NCBI GenBank assembly: GCA_023701285.1
Contig: JAMPXH010000005.1
Span: 2,240-66,239 of the forward strand
Length of the DNA stretch: 64,000 bases
Direction: 5' to 3'
Origin: Candidatus Didemnitutus sp.
GTDB lineage: Bacteria > Verrucomicrobiota > Verrucomicrobiia > Opitutales > Opitutaceae
The position numbers were made by a program, and so were the translations under genes. Under the pieces are notes generated by a model. The model was given only the letters and a program-made list of their open reading frames with translations. It ran no database searches and was not told the origin of the DNA. Below, one piece after another: positions 18,652-30,600 of the stretch. Every line of letters starts with the position of its first letter. The first letter of the stretch is position 1.

Positions 18652-21600
18652 CGGCGGCGCGTCCGGCGCCAGCCAGCCAGGGCGAGAGCGGCGAGGCCGA
18701 GCAGCGCGGCGTAGGTGGACGGTTCGGGAATCGCGGTGAACACGAGATCGACGTTCTGGCCGTTTTGCGCAACGGACCATGTGCCGCCGTTGAGCGCGTT
18801 GGTGAAGCCGCTCGCGTTGATCGCGAAATAACTGGAGTTGAAGCCCGTGATGCCGCCGCTGGCACTGGCGATGGTGAAACTGTAGTTTTCCGCGGGGTTA
18901 AAGTTCGCGGCGAAGCCGGCGGTGTTGGCGAGGGTCAGCGACACGAGTTGGAGCGTGAATTTGCTTTCGGCGGTGGCCGTGAGCGACAGGACTCCGTTGA
19001 TGTTGGCGAAATCCCAACCGGGATCACTGCCGGCGCTGCCGGTGGCGTCGTTGATTTCCCAAAGATAATTGCCGCCGCCGGCCCAGGTCGTGTTGCCGGA
19101 GTGGAGCGTGCCCGGCGAGTTGCCCGGCGCAAACGTGCCGCCGTTCGCGATGGTGAGCGCGCCGGTGGTGCCCGTGCCGCTGAGCGTGCCGCCGGCGACG
19201 GTGAACGCGCTGTTGGCCACGGTGCCCGTGAGCTTGAGTTCGCCGCCAGTGACCTCGGTTTCGCCGGAGTAGGTGTGGGTGCCGCCGAGGGCGAGAACGC
19301 CGGTGCCCGTTTTCACGAGGCCGCCGTCGCCGGCGATCGAACCGGTGAAGTTGGAGTCGGTGTTCTGCGCGACGGTGAGGCTGGCTTGGTTGAGGGCGAC
19401 GTTGCCTGAGCCTTCCAAGCGGCCGACAGTGGCGGAGTGCTCGGCGACTTCGAGCGTGGCATCCGCCGCGATGTTCACAGGTGCGCTGTGGGGAAGGGCG
19501 CCGGCCGCGGCGAGGCGGAGCGTGCCTTGCGAGAGTGTGACTCCGCCGGAAAACGTATTCGCATTGCCCAGGATGAGCATGCCCGGACCGTCGAGCACGA
19601 GGCCGCCGGCGCCGGAGAGTTGTCCGGTGAATGTGTTTGTGCCCGTGGGCGCGACGGCGAGTCCGGCCGAGCCGGTGTCGAGGGCGCCGTCGCCGCTGAG
19701 GCCGCCGAGCGCGAGCGCGAAGCCGTTGGCGTCGAAATTCGCGCCGGACGCAACGTGCAGCGTGGTGTGCGGGCTGAGCGCGTCGGCGATGCCAAGTCGC
19801 AGCGTGCCGGCGTTGACGAAGGTGTCGCCGGCGTAGGTGTTCGTGCCGCCGAGAATGAGCGTGCCGGCGCCGAGTTTGGTGAGGTGGTTGCCGGCGGCGC
19901 CGGATATGTTCCCGCTCCACGCCAGCGTGACATCGGCCGCTGTCTCGAACGCGCCGCCACCGGCGTTGAGCGTGACGTTGCGCGCCGAGGTGAAGTCCGC
20001 CGTCGCGCGCAGTGCGCCGCCGCCGAATGTGATCGCGCCGCTGGCGTTGCCGAGTGCCGTGTCAGCGGCAATCGCGAGCGTGCCGGCGTTGACGTGGATG
20101 CCGCCGGAAAACGTATTCGCGCCGCCGAGGGCGAGGACGCCGTCGCCGGATTTCGTGAGCGCGCCGACGCCGGCGATGATGCCGTCGTAAGTGAGCGCCT
20201 TGTCCTCGAACGTGCGCAACTCGCCGTGATTGGCGCCGAGCGTGATGCCGCGACGCGCATCGAGGGCGAAGCTCTCGAACGCGGCGAGGGCACCGCCGTT
20301 GAGCACGAGGCGACCCGCGGTGGCGTTGGTCGGCGCGGTGCCGAGCGCGGCGTCGGCGCCGATCGCCAACATGCCTGCTTCCACCGTGGTGACGCCGGTG
20401 AAGGTGTTCGCACCGGTCAGGGTCAACGTGCCGGCGCCGCGCTTCGACAGGTTGCCGGTTTGGGGGATGAATTCGCCGGTGCTGATGTTGGTGGCGCCGC
20501 CGGGGCTGCTGATCACACCGGCGTAGGTGAGATCGTCGCTGCGGTTGAAACGCAGGGTGGGATTGGGACCGGTGAAAATCACGTTGCCGACGATCGAGCC
20601 GGTGGTGCCGCCGTTGCCGATTTGCAGAATCCCGCCTTGGATCGTCGTCGTGCCGGTGTAGGTGTTGGTGCCGGTGAGGCTGATATTGCCCGCGCCTTTG
20701 AAGAAGGCGCCGGTGCCGCTGATGTGGTTGGCCAGAACAAGATTGTTGCCCGACGTCGTCAGCAGGCCGTGATTCACGATGTCGCCGACCACGGTCGCGA
20801 GTGACAGTGTGAGCGTGCCGGACGAGATGAGCGTGCCGCCGGTGTAGGTTTGCGTGCCCGTCAGCGTGAGGGTGCCGCTACCGGTCTTGGTGAGTGAACC
20901 TGCGCCACTGAGCACGCCGGCATTGAGCGTCTTGGCCGCATCAATGGCGAAGGTGGCGCCATCGGCGCCCAGTTCGACCGGGCGCCCCGACAAACTGAAC
21001 GATTCGCTCGCGTGCAACGTGCCGCCGTTCACCAGCAGCGTGGCGGTCGTGTCCAATCCCAGCGCGGACGCCGCGGAGAGGGAAAGCGTGCCGTCCGTAA
21101 TCGCGGTGTTGCCGTAGAATTGCTGGTTCGCCGCCAAGGTGAGCGTGCTTTGGCCGGATTTCGTGAGGTGGCCGTAGCCGTAAATCGTGCCCGTGAATGC
21201 GGTGTCGGCGGCTTGATTGATCGTCAGCGAGGTGACGCGTTCCGTCGTGAAGGTGTTCAGATCGATGCGTCCATCACCGCTCAAGGTGCCGATGGAATTG
21301 ACGGTCTTGCGCAGGTCGAGTCGGGCGCCGGCGTTGATCGTCACGGCATGGGCGGCGGACATCACACCGTCGGCCTGAACCACCACGGTCGCCTGCGGTG
21401 ACGTGTTGTCGCCGGAATCGCTGTTGATCACGACGGGAGCCTGGATCGCGCCGGCGCTCATGAGGCTGGTGGAACCCTCGCCGCCGAACGAAATCGTGCC
21501 GCTGCCACGAAGTTGTCCGAAGAAGCTCTGGTAGCCGTAAACGAAGCCGAAACCTGAGCTGCCGAAATCGAGTGTGCCGGCGCCGGTGAAGCCATTGTAG

Positions 21601-24600
21601 AGATTCAACCGCTCGTGCGGCGTCTCGAGCGTGGCGCCTTGTTCGATGCTCAGCACGCCGAGGCCGCTGAGCGCATCGGCCGAATCAGCGCGCAGCACGC
21701 CGCCCTGCACCGTCAGGACGTTAATCGCATTGTCGGCGTCGATGACGAGCGTGCCCGCGCCGCGTTTGAGAAAATAGCCGGCCGAATCGCCGGGCCCAGC
21801 GGTAATCCGACCGCTCCAAGTCGCGGTGACGCCCTCGACCACGTCGACGCCGCCGTTCCACGTGTAGAGCGGACGCGTGGTGGCGAAGGCTTCCGTCATG
21901 CGCACGAAGGCGCCGTTGGTGAGGTCCACCGCGGCGCCGGTCTCGCCGAGTGCAGCGTCGTGTCCGACCGCGACAGTGGAATTGCTGACGATCGTCTGCG
22001 CGTGGGTGTTGCTGCCGAGCAAGGTCAGCACTCCGCCACCGCTGACGAACAGTCGCCCGTGATCGGTGGTCGCGGGATTCGCGCGGGTGATGGCGGACGC
22101 GAAGGTGATTTCGTTGCCGTTCAGATCGAGGCTGGTATAGCCGCTGGCCAGCGGGGCGAGTCGCGCGGAAATGTCACCCGTGTTGCCCTCGCCCCACCGC
22201 AGGATTCCGTTCACCACGATGTCGCCGGTGCCCAGACTCGCGGCGTCGCCGAATTCAACGGTGCCGTTCACCACGGTGCCGCCGCTGTAGGTGTTGGTGC
22301 CGTTGAGCGTGAACAACCCGTGGTTGAGCGTGAGGCCGCCGGTGCCGGTGATCGGGCCATTGAGGATGACTTCGTTGAACTGGCCGCGCGTGGCGAACGT
22401 GGCGTCGGACGTCAACTCGATCGCCCGGCTCGAGGTGATTCCGTAGGTGATCAAGTTGCCGCCGGCGAACACGAGGTTGGCCGCGCTCGCGCCGAGGGCG
22501 CGATCATCGGAGACGTCGAGCAAGCCGCCCGCGATGCGCCAGGTGCCGGCGAAGGTGTTGCTGATGTTTTCCAGGCTAAGTTCGCCGTCGCCCGTTTTCG
22601 TGATCTCACCGCTGCCGCTCGTGACGCCCCACAATTGCAGGTCGTGGCCCGCTGTCGCGACGTGCAGCGTGCCGCCGTTCGCCGTGACGGCGAGGTTACC
22701 CCAGCGGGAGAACGATGCGTTGGCCTGCAGCGTGCCGCCCGCCAGCGTGAGTCCTGCGCTGGAGCCGCCGATGGCTGCTTCGTTCGCAATCGCGAGGGTG
22801 CCGCCGGCAATCGTCGTGCCGCCACTGTAGGAGTTGCTGCCCGAGAGCGTCAGCACGCCCGCGCCGATCTTGGTCAAACCGCCGTTGCCGCCGACATTTG
22901 TCAGACTGATGTTGTTGCCGTTGCTGTCGATCGAGCCACCGGCCGCCCCGAGCGAGAGGTTGCGCGACGAGAGATCGGCGGTCGAACCGCTCGCCCAGCG
23001 CAGGCCGCCACCGTTGAGCGTGAGGTCGCCGCTGCCGAGATTTGCCAGCGACCCGAACTCGACCAAGCCGCCGGTGACGTGCGTGCCGCCGGCGTAGGTG
23101 TTCGTGCCGGTGAGCGCGAGGATGCCGTCGCCCGCTTTCGTCAGTGCGCCGGTGCCACTGATGGCGCCGGCGAGCGTGACGTCGTTGCCGTTGGTGTGAA
23201 ACGCGCCGCCGCTGGCGCCCAGCGCGTTCAGGCGCGGCGAGACGTCGACGTTCGTGTCCGCGGCCCACTGCACGCCGCCGCCGTTCAGCGTGAGGCTGCC
23301 GGTGCCGAAGTTCGACAGGCTTGCGAACTGAATGAAGCCGCCGGTGGCGGTCGTGCCGCCAGTGAAGGTGTTGACGCCGCTCAACGCGAGAACGCCCGCG
23401 CCGCTCTTCGCCAGCCCGCCGCCGGCGGCGGTGCCGTCGCTGATGACTCCGCTGATGAGCACGGTGCCGGAATTCGCGAGCGCCAGCGTGCCGGCTTGTG
23501 CGGTGTTCGAAAGCAGGACGTTACCGGCCAGCGCCGTCATGCTGGAGTTCGTGACGGTCAACGTGCGCGATGTGGCGCCATCCGTGTCGTGCGTGAAGTT
23601 GCCCGAGAGCGTAAGCGCGGTGTCGCCGCCGATCACGGCTGAGTTCCTCAGCAGCACGGAATTTGCGACACTGACCGGCGAACCGGTGGCGCGGAGCTCG
23701 CCGCCTTCGATGCGCAGGCCGCCCGTGCCGAGCGCGTGCGCGTGGCCGAGCGCGAGGATGCCGGCCTGCAGCGTCGTGCCGCCGGAGTAGGTGTTGTTGC
23801 CCGAGAGCGCGAGCGTGCCGGCGCCGGTTTTCACCAGTGCGCCGTTCGTGCTCGTGCCGCCGTTTTCGACGACGCCGGTGAATGCGATCTGGCCGCTGCC
23901 GGCGATGGTGAACGTGCGTGACGTGGCGGAGTCGGACAACTGCGCGCCGCCGAAGCTGAGCGAGGCGATGTTGGCGAAGTTCAGCGTCACGTCGCTGCCG
24001 GACTGGTTGAGCAACTGGCCGGTGAACGTCAGGTCCGACGTGCCGCCGAAACCGATGGAGGGCGAACTGATCGCGACGGCGTTGGTCAGCGTGCGCGCCG
24101 AGCCGTTGCCCTGCAGCGTGCCGCCCGCGAGGTGCAGCGTGCCGGTGCCGAACGCGCCGTCGCTGCCGGCCACGAGCGTGCCGGATTCGAGTCGCGTGTC
24201 GCCGGCGTAGGTGTTGTTGCCCGAGAGCGTCAGCGTGTGCGTGCCGGTCTTGGTCAGGGTGGCGTTGGCGTTCGTGCCGGAGATGTCGCCGATGAAGTTC
24301 AGGTCTTTCGTGCCGCCGATGGCGGCATTGCCGGAGAGCGTCACGCGATTGTAGACGGTGTTCAACGTGCCGGCGCCGCGCAGCTCGCCGCCGGCGAGGT
24401 CGATGAACGTGTTGCCGAACGCGTAGACGTTCGTGCCGATCAGCACGCCGTCCTCGAGCCGCATGCCGTAGTGGAAATTTTCGCCGCTCAGCGTGAGCGT
24501 GCCGCTGCCGACCTTGATCAGACCGAATCCGCGTTGGCCGTCCGCGACGACGCCGGAAAGCGTGAGATTCTCCGCGCCGCCGACGCGCAGATTGCCGTCG

Positions 24601-27600
24601 AGCCAGATGTTGCCGGCGTGACTGCGCGCCGCGCCGGCGGCGAGCAACGCGCCGCCCGCGGCGACGAGGCGGTTGTCGTTGAGCGCGCGATCGCTGGCGA
24701 GGGCCAGCGTGCCGTCGAGCAAGCGGACGTCGCCGGTGAAGGTGTTGGTGCCGGTGAGCGTCAGCGTGCCGGCGCCGGCTTTCGTGAACGCTGCGCCGTT
24801 GGCGAGCGTGCCGGTGAAGTTGGTCGAGAGCTGCACGTCGTTGCCGTTCGTGTCGAACGTCGCGCCGGCGGCGATTTCTCCGCCGAGCCGCGAAGAGACA
24901 TCGGTGGTGGTCCCGCTGGCCCAGCGCAGCCCGCCACCTTGCAGGCCGATGTTGCCCGAGCCGAGATTGGCGAGGGAGCCGAACTCCACCAAGCCGCCGT
25001 AGGCCAGCAGGCCATTGAAGGAGTTGTTGCCGGTCAACACGAGCGTGTTCGCGTCGCGTTTCAGCAGGATGCCGGCGCCGGCGATGTCGCCCGAGAGCGT
25101 GAGCTGAGTCGTGCCGCCGATGTCGGTGTGGTTGGTGAACGTGAGGTCGTTGGCGATGGTGCGGCCACCGGTGCCGCCCGCGTGCAAGTCGCCGCCGTTG
25201 AAGTTCACGGCGCCGGTGCCGAAGGCGCTGTCGTGCGCGACGGTCACGACGCCCAACGACACGGCGGTGCCGCCGGAGTAGGTGTTAGCGCCGGAGAGCG
25301 TGAGATCGCCTTCGCCGTTTTTCGTGAGCGCACCGGTGCCGGAAATTTCTCCGCTGAGCGCGAGATCGGTCGTCGTCGTGAGCGTGGTGCTGGCGTTGAG
25401 TTCGACGTTGTTCGCCACGGCGTGGCTGCCGTGGTTGGAGCGCAAGGTGCCGCCGTCGACCACGAGCGTGCCGGTGCCGAGCGCGTCGCTGTGGCCGATG
25501 ACGAGTTGGCCGCCGCTGACGGTGGTGTTGCCGGTGTAGGTGTTGGCACCGGAGAGCGTGAGCGCGCCTGAGCCGGTTTTGACGATGCCGGCCGCAGTGG
25601 CTTCGATCGGCGCGATGTTGCCGGCGAGCGTGACGTTGGAAGAGCCGGAAACGGCGAGGTTCGTGCCGAGTCCGATCGCGTTTTGCAAGGTGCGGTCGCC
25701 GCTGGTTTGGAACGTGCCGCCCTCGATGCGCAGCGTGCCGGTGCCGAGTGCGTTGTCGTGCGCGGCAACGAGCGTGCCGTCCGTGAGCGTGACTCCGCCG
25801 TCGAAGGCGTTGTCGCCGCTCAAAGTGAGGGAGCCCGCGCCGCTCTTGGTCAGACCGTAACTGGCGCCGAAACCGTCGGTGATCGCGCCGGAGAGCACGG
25901 CGCCGCTCGCGCCTACGCTCAGCGTGGAATTGCTCGACAGCGCGGTGGCGCCCGAGAGGGTCAATAAATGCGAGCCGGCGAGCGTGACGTCGCCATCGAG
26001 CGCGACCGTGTTCGCCAGCGTGCGCGGCGCGATGCTCGTGGCGAGCGTGCCGTTGCGCAAAGTGAGTTGTCCGCTGCCGAGTGCGGAATCATGCGCGAGC
26101 ACGAGGGTGCCGCTGCTCAGCGTAGTGCCGCCGGTGTAGGTGTTGTTCGCCGTGAGCGTGAGCGAGCCGCTGCCGGATTTCTCGAGTCGGCCCGCGACGC
26201 CGGTGATCGTGCCGCTGTAAGTGGTGGTGGCGTTGCCGCTGATTTCGAGTTCGCCGCTGGAGAGCGCGATCGTGCCGCCGCCGGTGAGGGAATGGATGTT
26301 CTGCGTCGTGCCGATGAGTTTAAGCGTCGCGTTTTGCCCGAGGGAAACGGCGGAGGCTTCGGGCAAAACGTAGTTCGTGCCGAGTTCCAGGGTGCCATTG
26401 GCCAGGGAGGTCGCGCCGGTGTAAGTGTGCTGATTTCCCAGACGAAGCTCAGCGGAGCCGGTTTTCGTGAAGCCGCCGGTGCCGGAGATGACGCCGTTGA
26501 AAATGTTGTTGGTGAAATCCTCGAGCGTGAGCGTCGCATCGCCGAGGAGGATGCGCGTCGTGCTGAAGTCGCTGGCGAGCTGCGCGAAGGTGGTCGAGTG
26601 GCCGTTGAGATCAAGAGCACCATCGTAGTTTAATGTCAGCGACGATTGGGGCAAAATGTTCGCGGCGCCGAGGCGCAGCGTGCCGCCGCTCACGATGGTC
26701 GACGTGAAGCTGCTGGTGGCGTTCGTGAGCGTGAGCGTGCCATCGCCGACTTTGGTGAAACTGGAGTTCGTCAGGATGCGTCCGTCGAACGTGCTGCTCG
26801 CGCCGCCCGCGCCGACCGAAACGGGTGCATCGATCACGCTGAAAATGCCGCTGCCGCTGAGCGCGCCGATGGTCGCGGAGGTCATGAAGACGTCGAACGT
26901 CGCGCCACTCGCGAGGTGCACGCCGCCGGCGGTCACGAGCGGTGCGCCGTAAACGGTCAAGGTGCCTTGCTGGACGTCGAAGCTGCCGCTGTGGGCGTTG
27001 GCGGCATTGAGCGAGAGTTGGCCGGAGCCGGTCTTCGTCATCGTGCTCGTGCCGCTGATGCCGTTGCTCAGGAGGACGGTGTGGCCGTTGGTGTCGAACG
27101 TGCCGCCGTTGGCGCCGAGCGCGATGCGCGTGCCGGGCGTGCCGTTGCCTCCGCTCCAGCGCAGGCCGCCGCCGTCGAGCGTGAGTAGACCGCTGCCGAG
27201 ATTGGCGGCGGTGGCGATCTGAAGAAAACCTTCCGTGATGGTGGTGCTGCCGAGGAACGCGTTCGTGCCGCTGAGCGTGAGCGTGCCACTGCCGCTCTTG
27301 AGCAGCGTGCTGCTGGTGCTGTTGCCGGTGAGGTTGCCGAGTGTCACCGCGCCGCTGTTCACGAGGCTGAGCGAGCGGTTGAGTTCGTGCGGCAACAGGA
27401 CGTGGCTGAAGGTGGTCGAGCCCGCGTTGCTGACGGTCAACGTGGGGTTGTCGGCATCGACGCGCAGGTGCGCGATCGTGAGGGCCGCGTTGCCGGTGAT
27501 CGCGGTGTCTCCGGCGAGCGAGACCGTGCCGGAGGCGTTTTGCGCCGTGCGCGCTTCGAGCGTGCCGGCGTGCATCGTCAGCGTCCCGGAGCCGAGGGCG

Positions 27601-30600
27601 GTATCGCTCGCGAGTGTGACGCTGCCTGCATGGACGTGCGTGCCGGCGTGCGCGCCGGTGCCCGCCAGCGTGAGCGTGCCGCTGCCGAGTTTGATCAACT
27701 CTCCATTTGAAGACGCCGTGCCGCCGACGGTAACGTTGTGGGTGTGGTTCAGCGTGACGCTGCGTTGGGTGTTCGTCGGATCGACTTGGAGCAACGCGAA
27801 AGTGGTGTTGCCGGTGTTTGCGATGGTGAGCACGGCGTCGCCGCCGGTGTGGTTCGTCACTGTGCCGCCGAACGTGAGCGCGGAGTTGCCGCCGATGGTT
27901 GTGTTGGTCGTCACCGAAACGGCATTGGCCAGCGTGCGCTCATTGCCGTCGCCGCGAAGTTCGGCGCCAGCGAGCGTGAGCGTGCCGGTGCCGAAGGCGG
28001 CATTGTGTCCGGCGATGACGGTGCCACCTGCGAGCGTGGCGCCGCCGGAAAAAGTGTTGTTGCCGGAGAAGGTCTGCGTGGCGCCGCCGGATTTGAGGAG
28101 CGTGCCGCTGCCGCTGATGTTGCCCGTGTAGGTGGCGTTGCCGGTGTCTCCGTTCAGGGTCAGCTGCGTGTTCGGTCCGTGGAGGGCGATGATGCCGTTG
28201 CCCGTCAAGCGGCCCGCGGTGAGGCTGCTGGTGTTGGTGGCGTCGGCTTCCCCCAGTTCAAGCGTGCCGTGATTGGTGAAAAGATCCGCGGTGGAGAACG
28301 TGCCGGTGCTGACGCGCAGGACGCCGGTGGCGGCATTCGTGACGAGATTGGCGAGCGCGTTGGCGCCGTTGGTCGCGTTCACGAATTGCCCGCCGGAGTA
28401 GAGCGTGATCTCCGCGGCGTTCGTGTGGAGGTCCGCTCCGGTGAACGCGAGTGTGCCGGCGACTTCATAGCGGCCGCCGGTCAGCGTGTGGTTCGCGTAG
28501 TTGGTGAACGCGCCTTCGCTCGTGTCGATTTCGAGGCGGGCGCTGGCCTCGGCGCGCAGCAGGCCTTGGTTGGTGAAGCCGCCGGAGTCTGGTTTGATGA
28601 GCAACGTGGAGCCGGGCGCGGTCGCGCGGATCGTGCCGCCGGAGGCGTTGACGAAACTGACGTCCTCGATCGCGCCGGCGCCGCTGATCGTGTTGTCCGT
28701 GTTCGTAAGGGCAACGGTTGCGCCGTTCGCGGCGGTGAGGCGGCCGCTCGCGGCCCAGGTGTGCGTGGTCTCGTCGCCGACGGTCGTGCTCACGCGCCCG
28801 CCGAGTTGGATTTCGCCGCCGCCGGTCAGCGTGGAATTTCCGGTGAACGCGATCGTGCCCGCGTTCGTCGTGCCGGAGGTGCCGACGAAAATATCGCCGG
28901 CGTTCGCGACGTCGCCGCCGACGCGCAGGGTGGCGGCGTTGTCGATCTCGATCACGCCCGCGGCGGCGTTCTGCACGTTGGTGCCGAGCGTGGCGGTGGC
29001 GTTGGCGTCGGTGTGGCGAATGGCGCCTTCGTTCGCGAGCGTGCCGGTGCCGTCGATGATGGCGCCATTCGTGAGCACGATCGAGCCGCCGTTGGTGAAG
29101 ACGGTGCCGCCGCCGAGTTCGAGGCGGGTGGGCACGTTGACGTTGCCGCTGTTGACGAGCGTGAGCGTGGAGCCGAAGCCGGTGGAGGCGGACGTCGTCG
29201 CCGAAAGCGTGGTGTGGCCCGCGGCGATGTTCAACTGGGCGAGCGGGGCGACATCGAACTCGGCGAGCGCGAGCGTGGCATCGTCGAGCGTGAGAGTGCC
29301 GCCGGTGGCGACTTCGACGCGGCCGCCGTTGATGGTGGCGTTGGCGATGAGCATGGCGCCGTGCGACGCGATGCGTCCGGCGGTGGTGCCTTCGAAGTTC
29401 GTCACGGTCACGTCGCGAATCGTGAGCAGGCTCGGCGTGAAGGTGGGCTGCGACAGATCGGGTTCGCCGTTGACGAGCGGGTAGGTGAACGAGCCGTTCG
29501 CGCGAATGACGCCGCTGTTGGTAAGGTTGGCGCCGGAACTGTGGGTGAGGAGCAGGCCGGACGCGCCGAACGATTCGATCAGGCCGCGGTTGATGAGTTT
29601 CGCGCGAAACTCACCGGCGCCGAGCAGCATGTGCGTGGCGGAGTTGATGATCGTGCCGCCGCTGTCGACGAGCTGGTTTGCGGTTGAGTCGGTGAATTGG
29701 ATGCTCCCGGAGCCCGCGAGCGTGAGCGTGCCTTCGGCGCCGAGCTGCGCGCCGGTCGCGCCGCTGTGCTGCAGGAGAATGATGCCGTCGTTGTTGATCG
29801 TGGCGCCGCTTTTCGCGAGCAGCGTCGCGCCGGATTCAACCATCAATCCCGAGTCGTCCGTGAGCGTGAGATTGCCGGTGGATTGGAGCGTGAACGCCTG
29901 GTCGGGCGCGGTCGAAAAGAGCGCGCCGTCGGCGAGAATCAGCGATCCTGCGACGGAGTTCAGCGTGAGGCCGTCGATGCTCGTGTTCGTGCCGGTGCGG
30001 CGGGAGAAGCGCCAGTCGTCGCCGGCGAGCGTGAGCGTGTTGTTCGCGGCGAGCGCGGTGATCGGGGTGCCCTTGTATTCGAGGGTGCCGGCGAGGATAA
30101 GGTTGCCGATGCCGGAGAGCGTGCCGTCGGCGGCGACGTTGGACCAGTTGGAGGCGTCGGCATAGGTGAGCGTGCCGAGCGAACTCAACGTGGCGCCGGG
30201 CCCGATGAGAATGGTGCCGGTGTTGGTGAGCGTGTTGCGGAAGCCCAGCCAGCCGCTCGCGCCGGTGACGGTGATGAGACCGGTGCTGTGATTGGTGAGC
30301 GCTTCGACGCTCTTGAGCACCTGGCTCTGGAGGAAGAGCGAACCACGGTTGATGGCGAGGTAGGTGAGCGCGTCCTGGTTGTGGAACTGATTGTAGAAGG
30401 AGCCGCCAAGCACGTTGAGCGTGGTGCCGGCGCCGATCTCGCGGATGTTCGGGGCGGCGGTTTCACCCGTGCCATAGGCGACGGTGCCGCCGAGATTCCA
30501 CGTGCCGCCGGTGAGCGTGGCGGTGCGCGCGTCGAGGTCGACATTGGAAAAATTGCCGAGCATGCCGTCGACTTCGATGCGGCCGTCGGTCGTGAGATTG

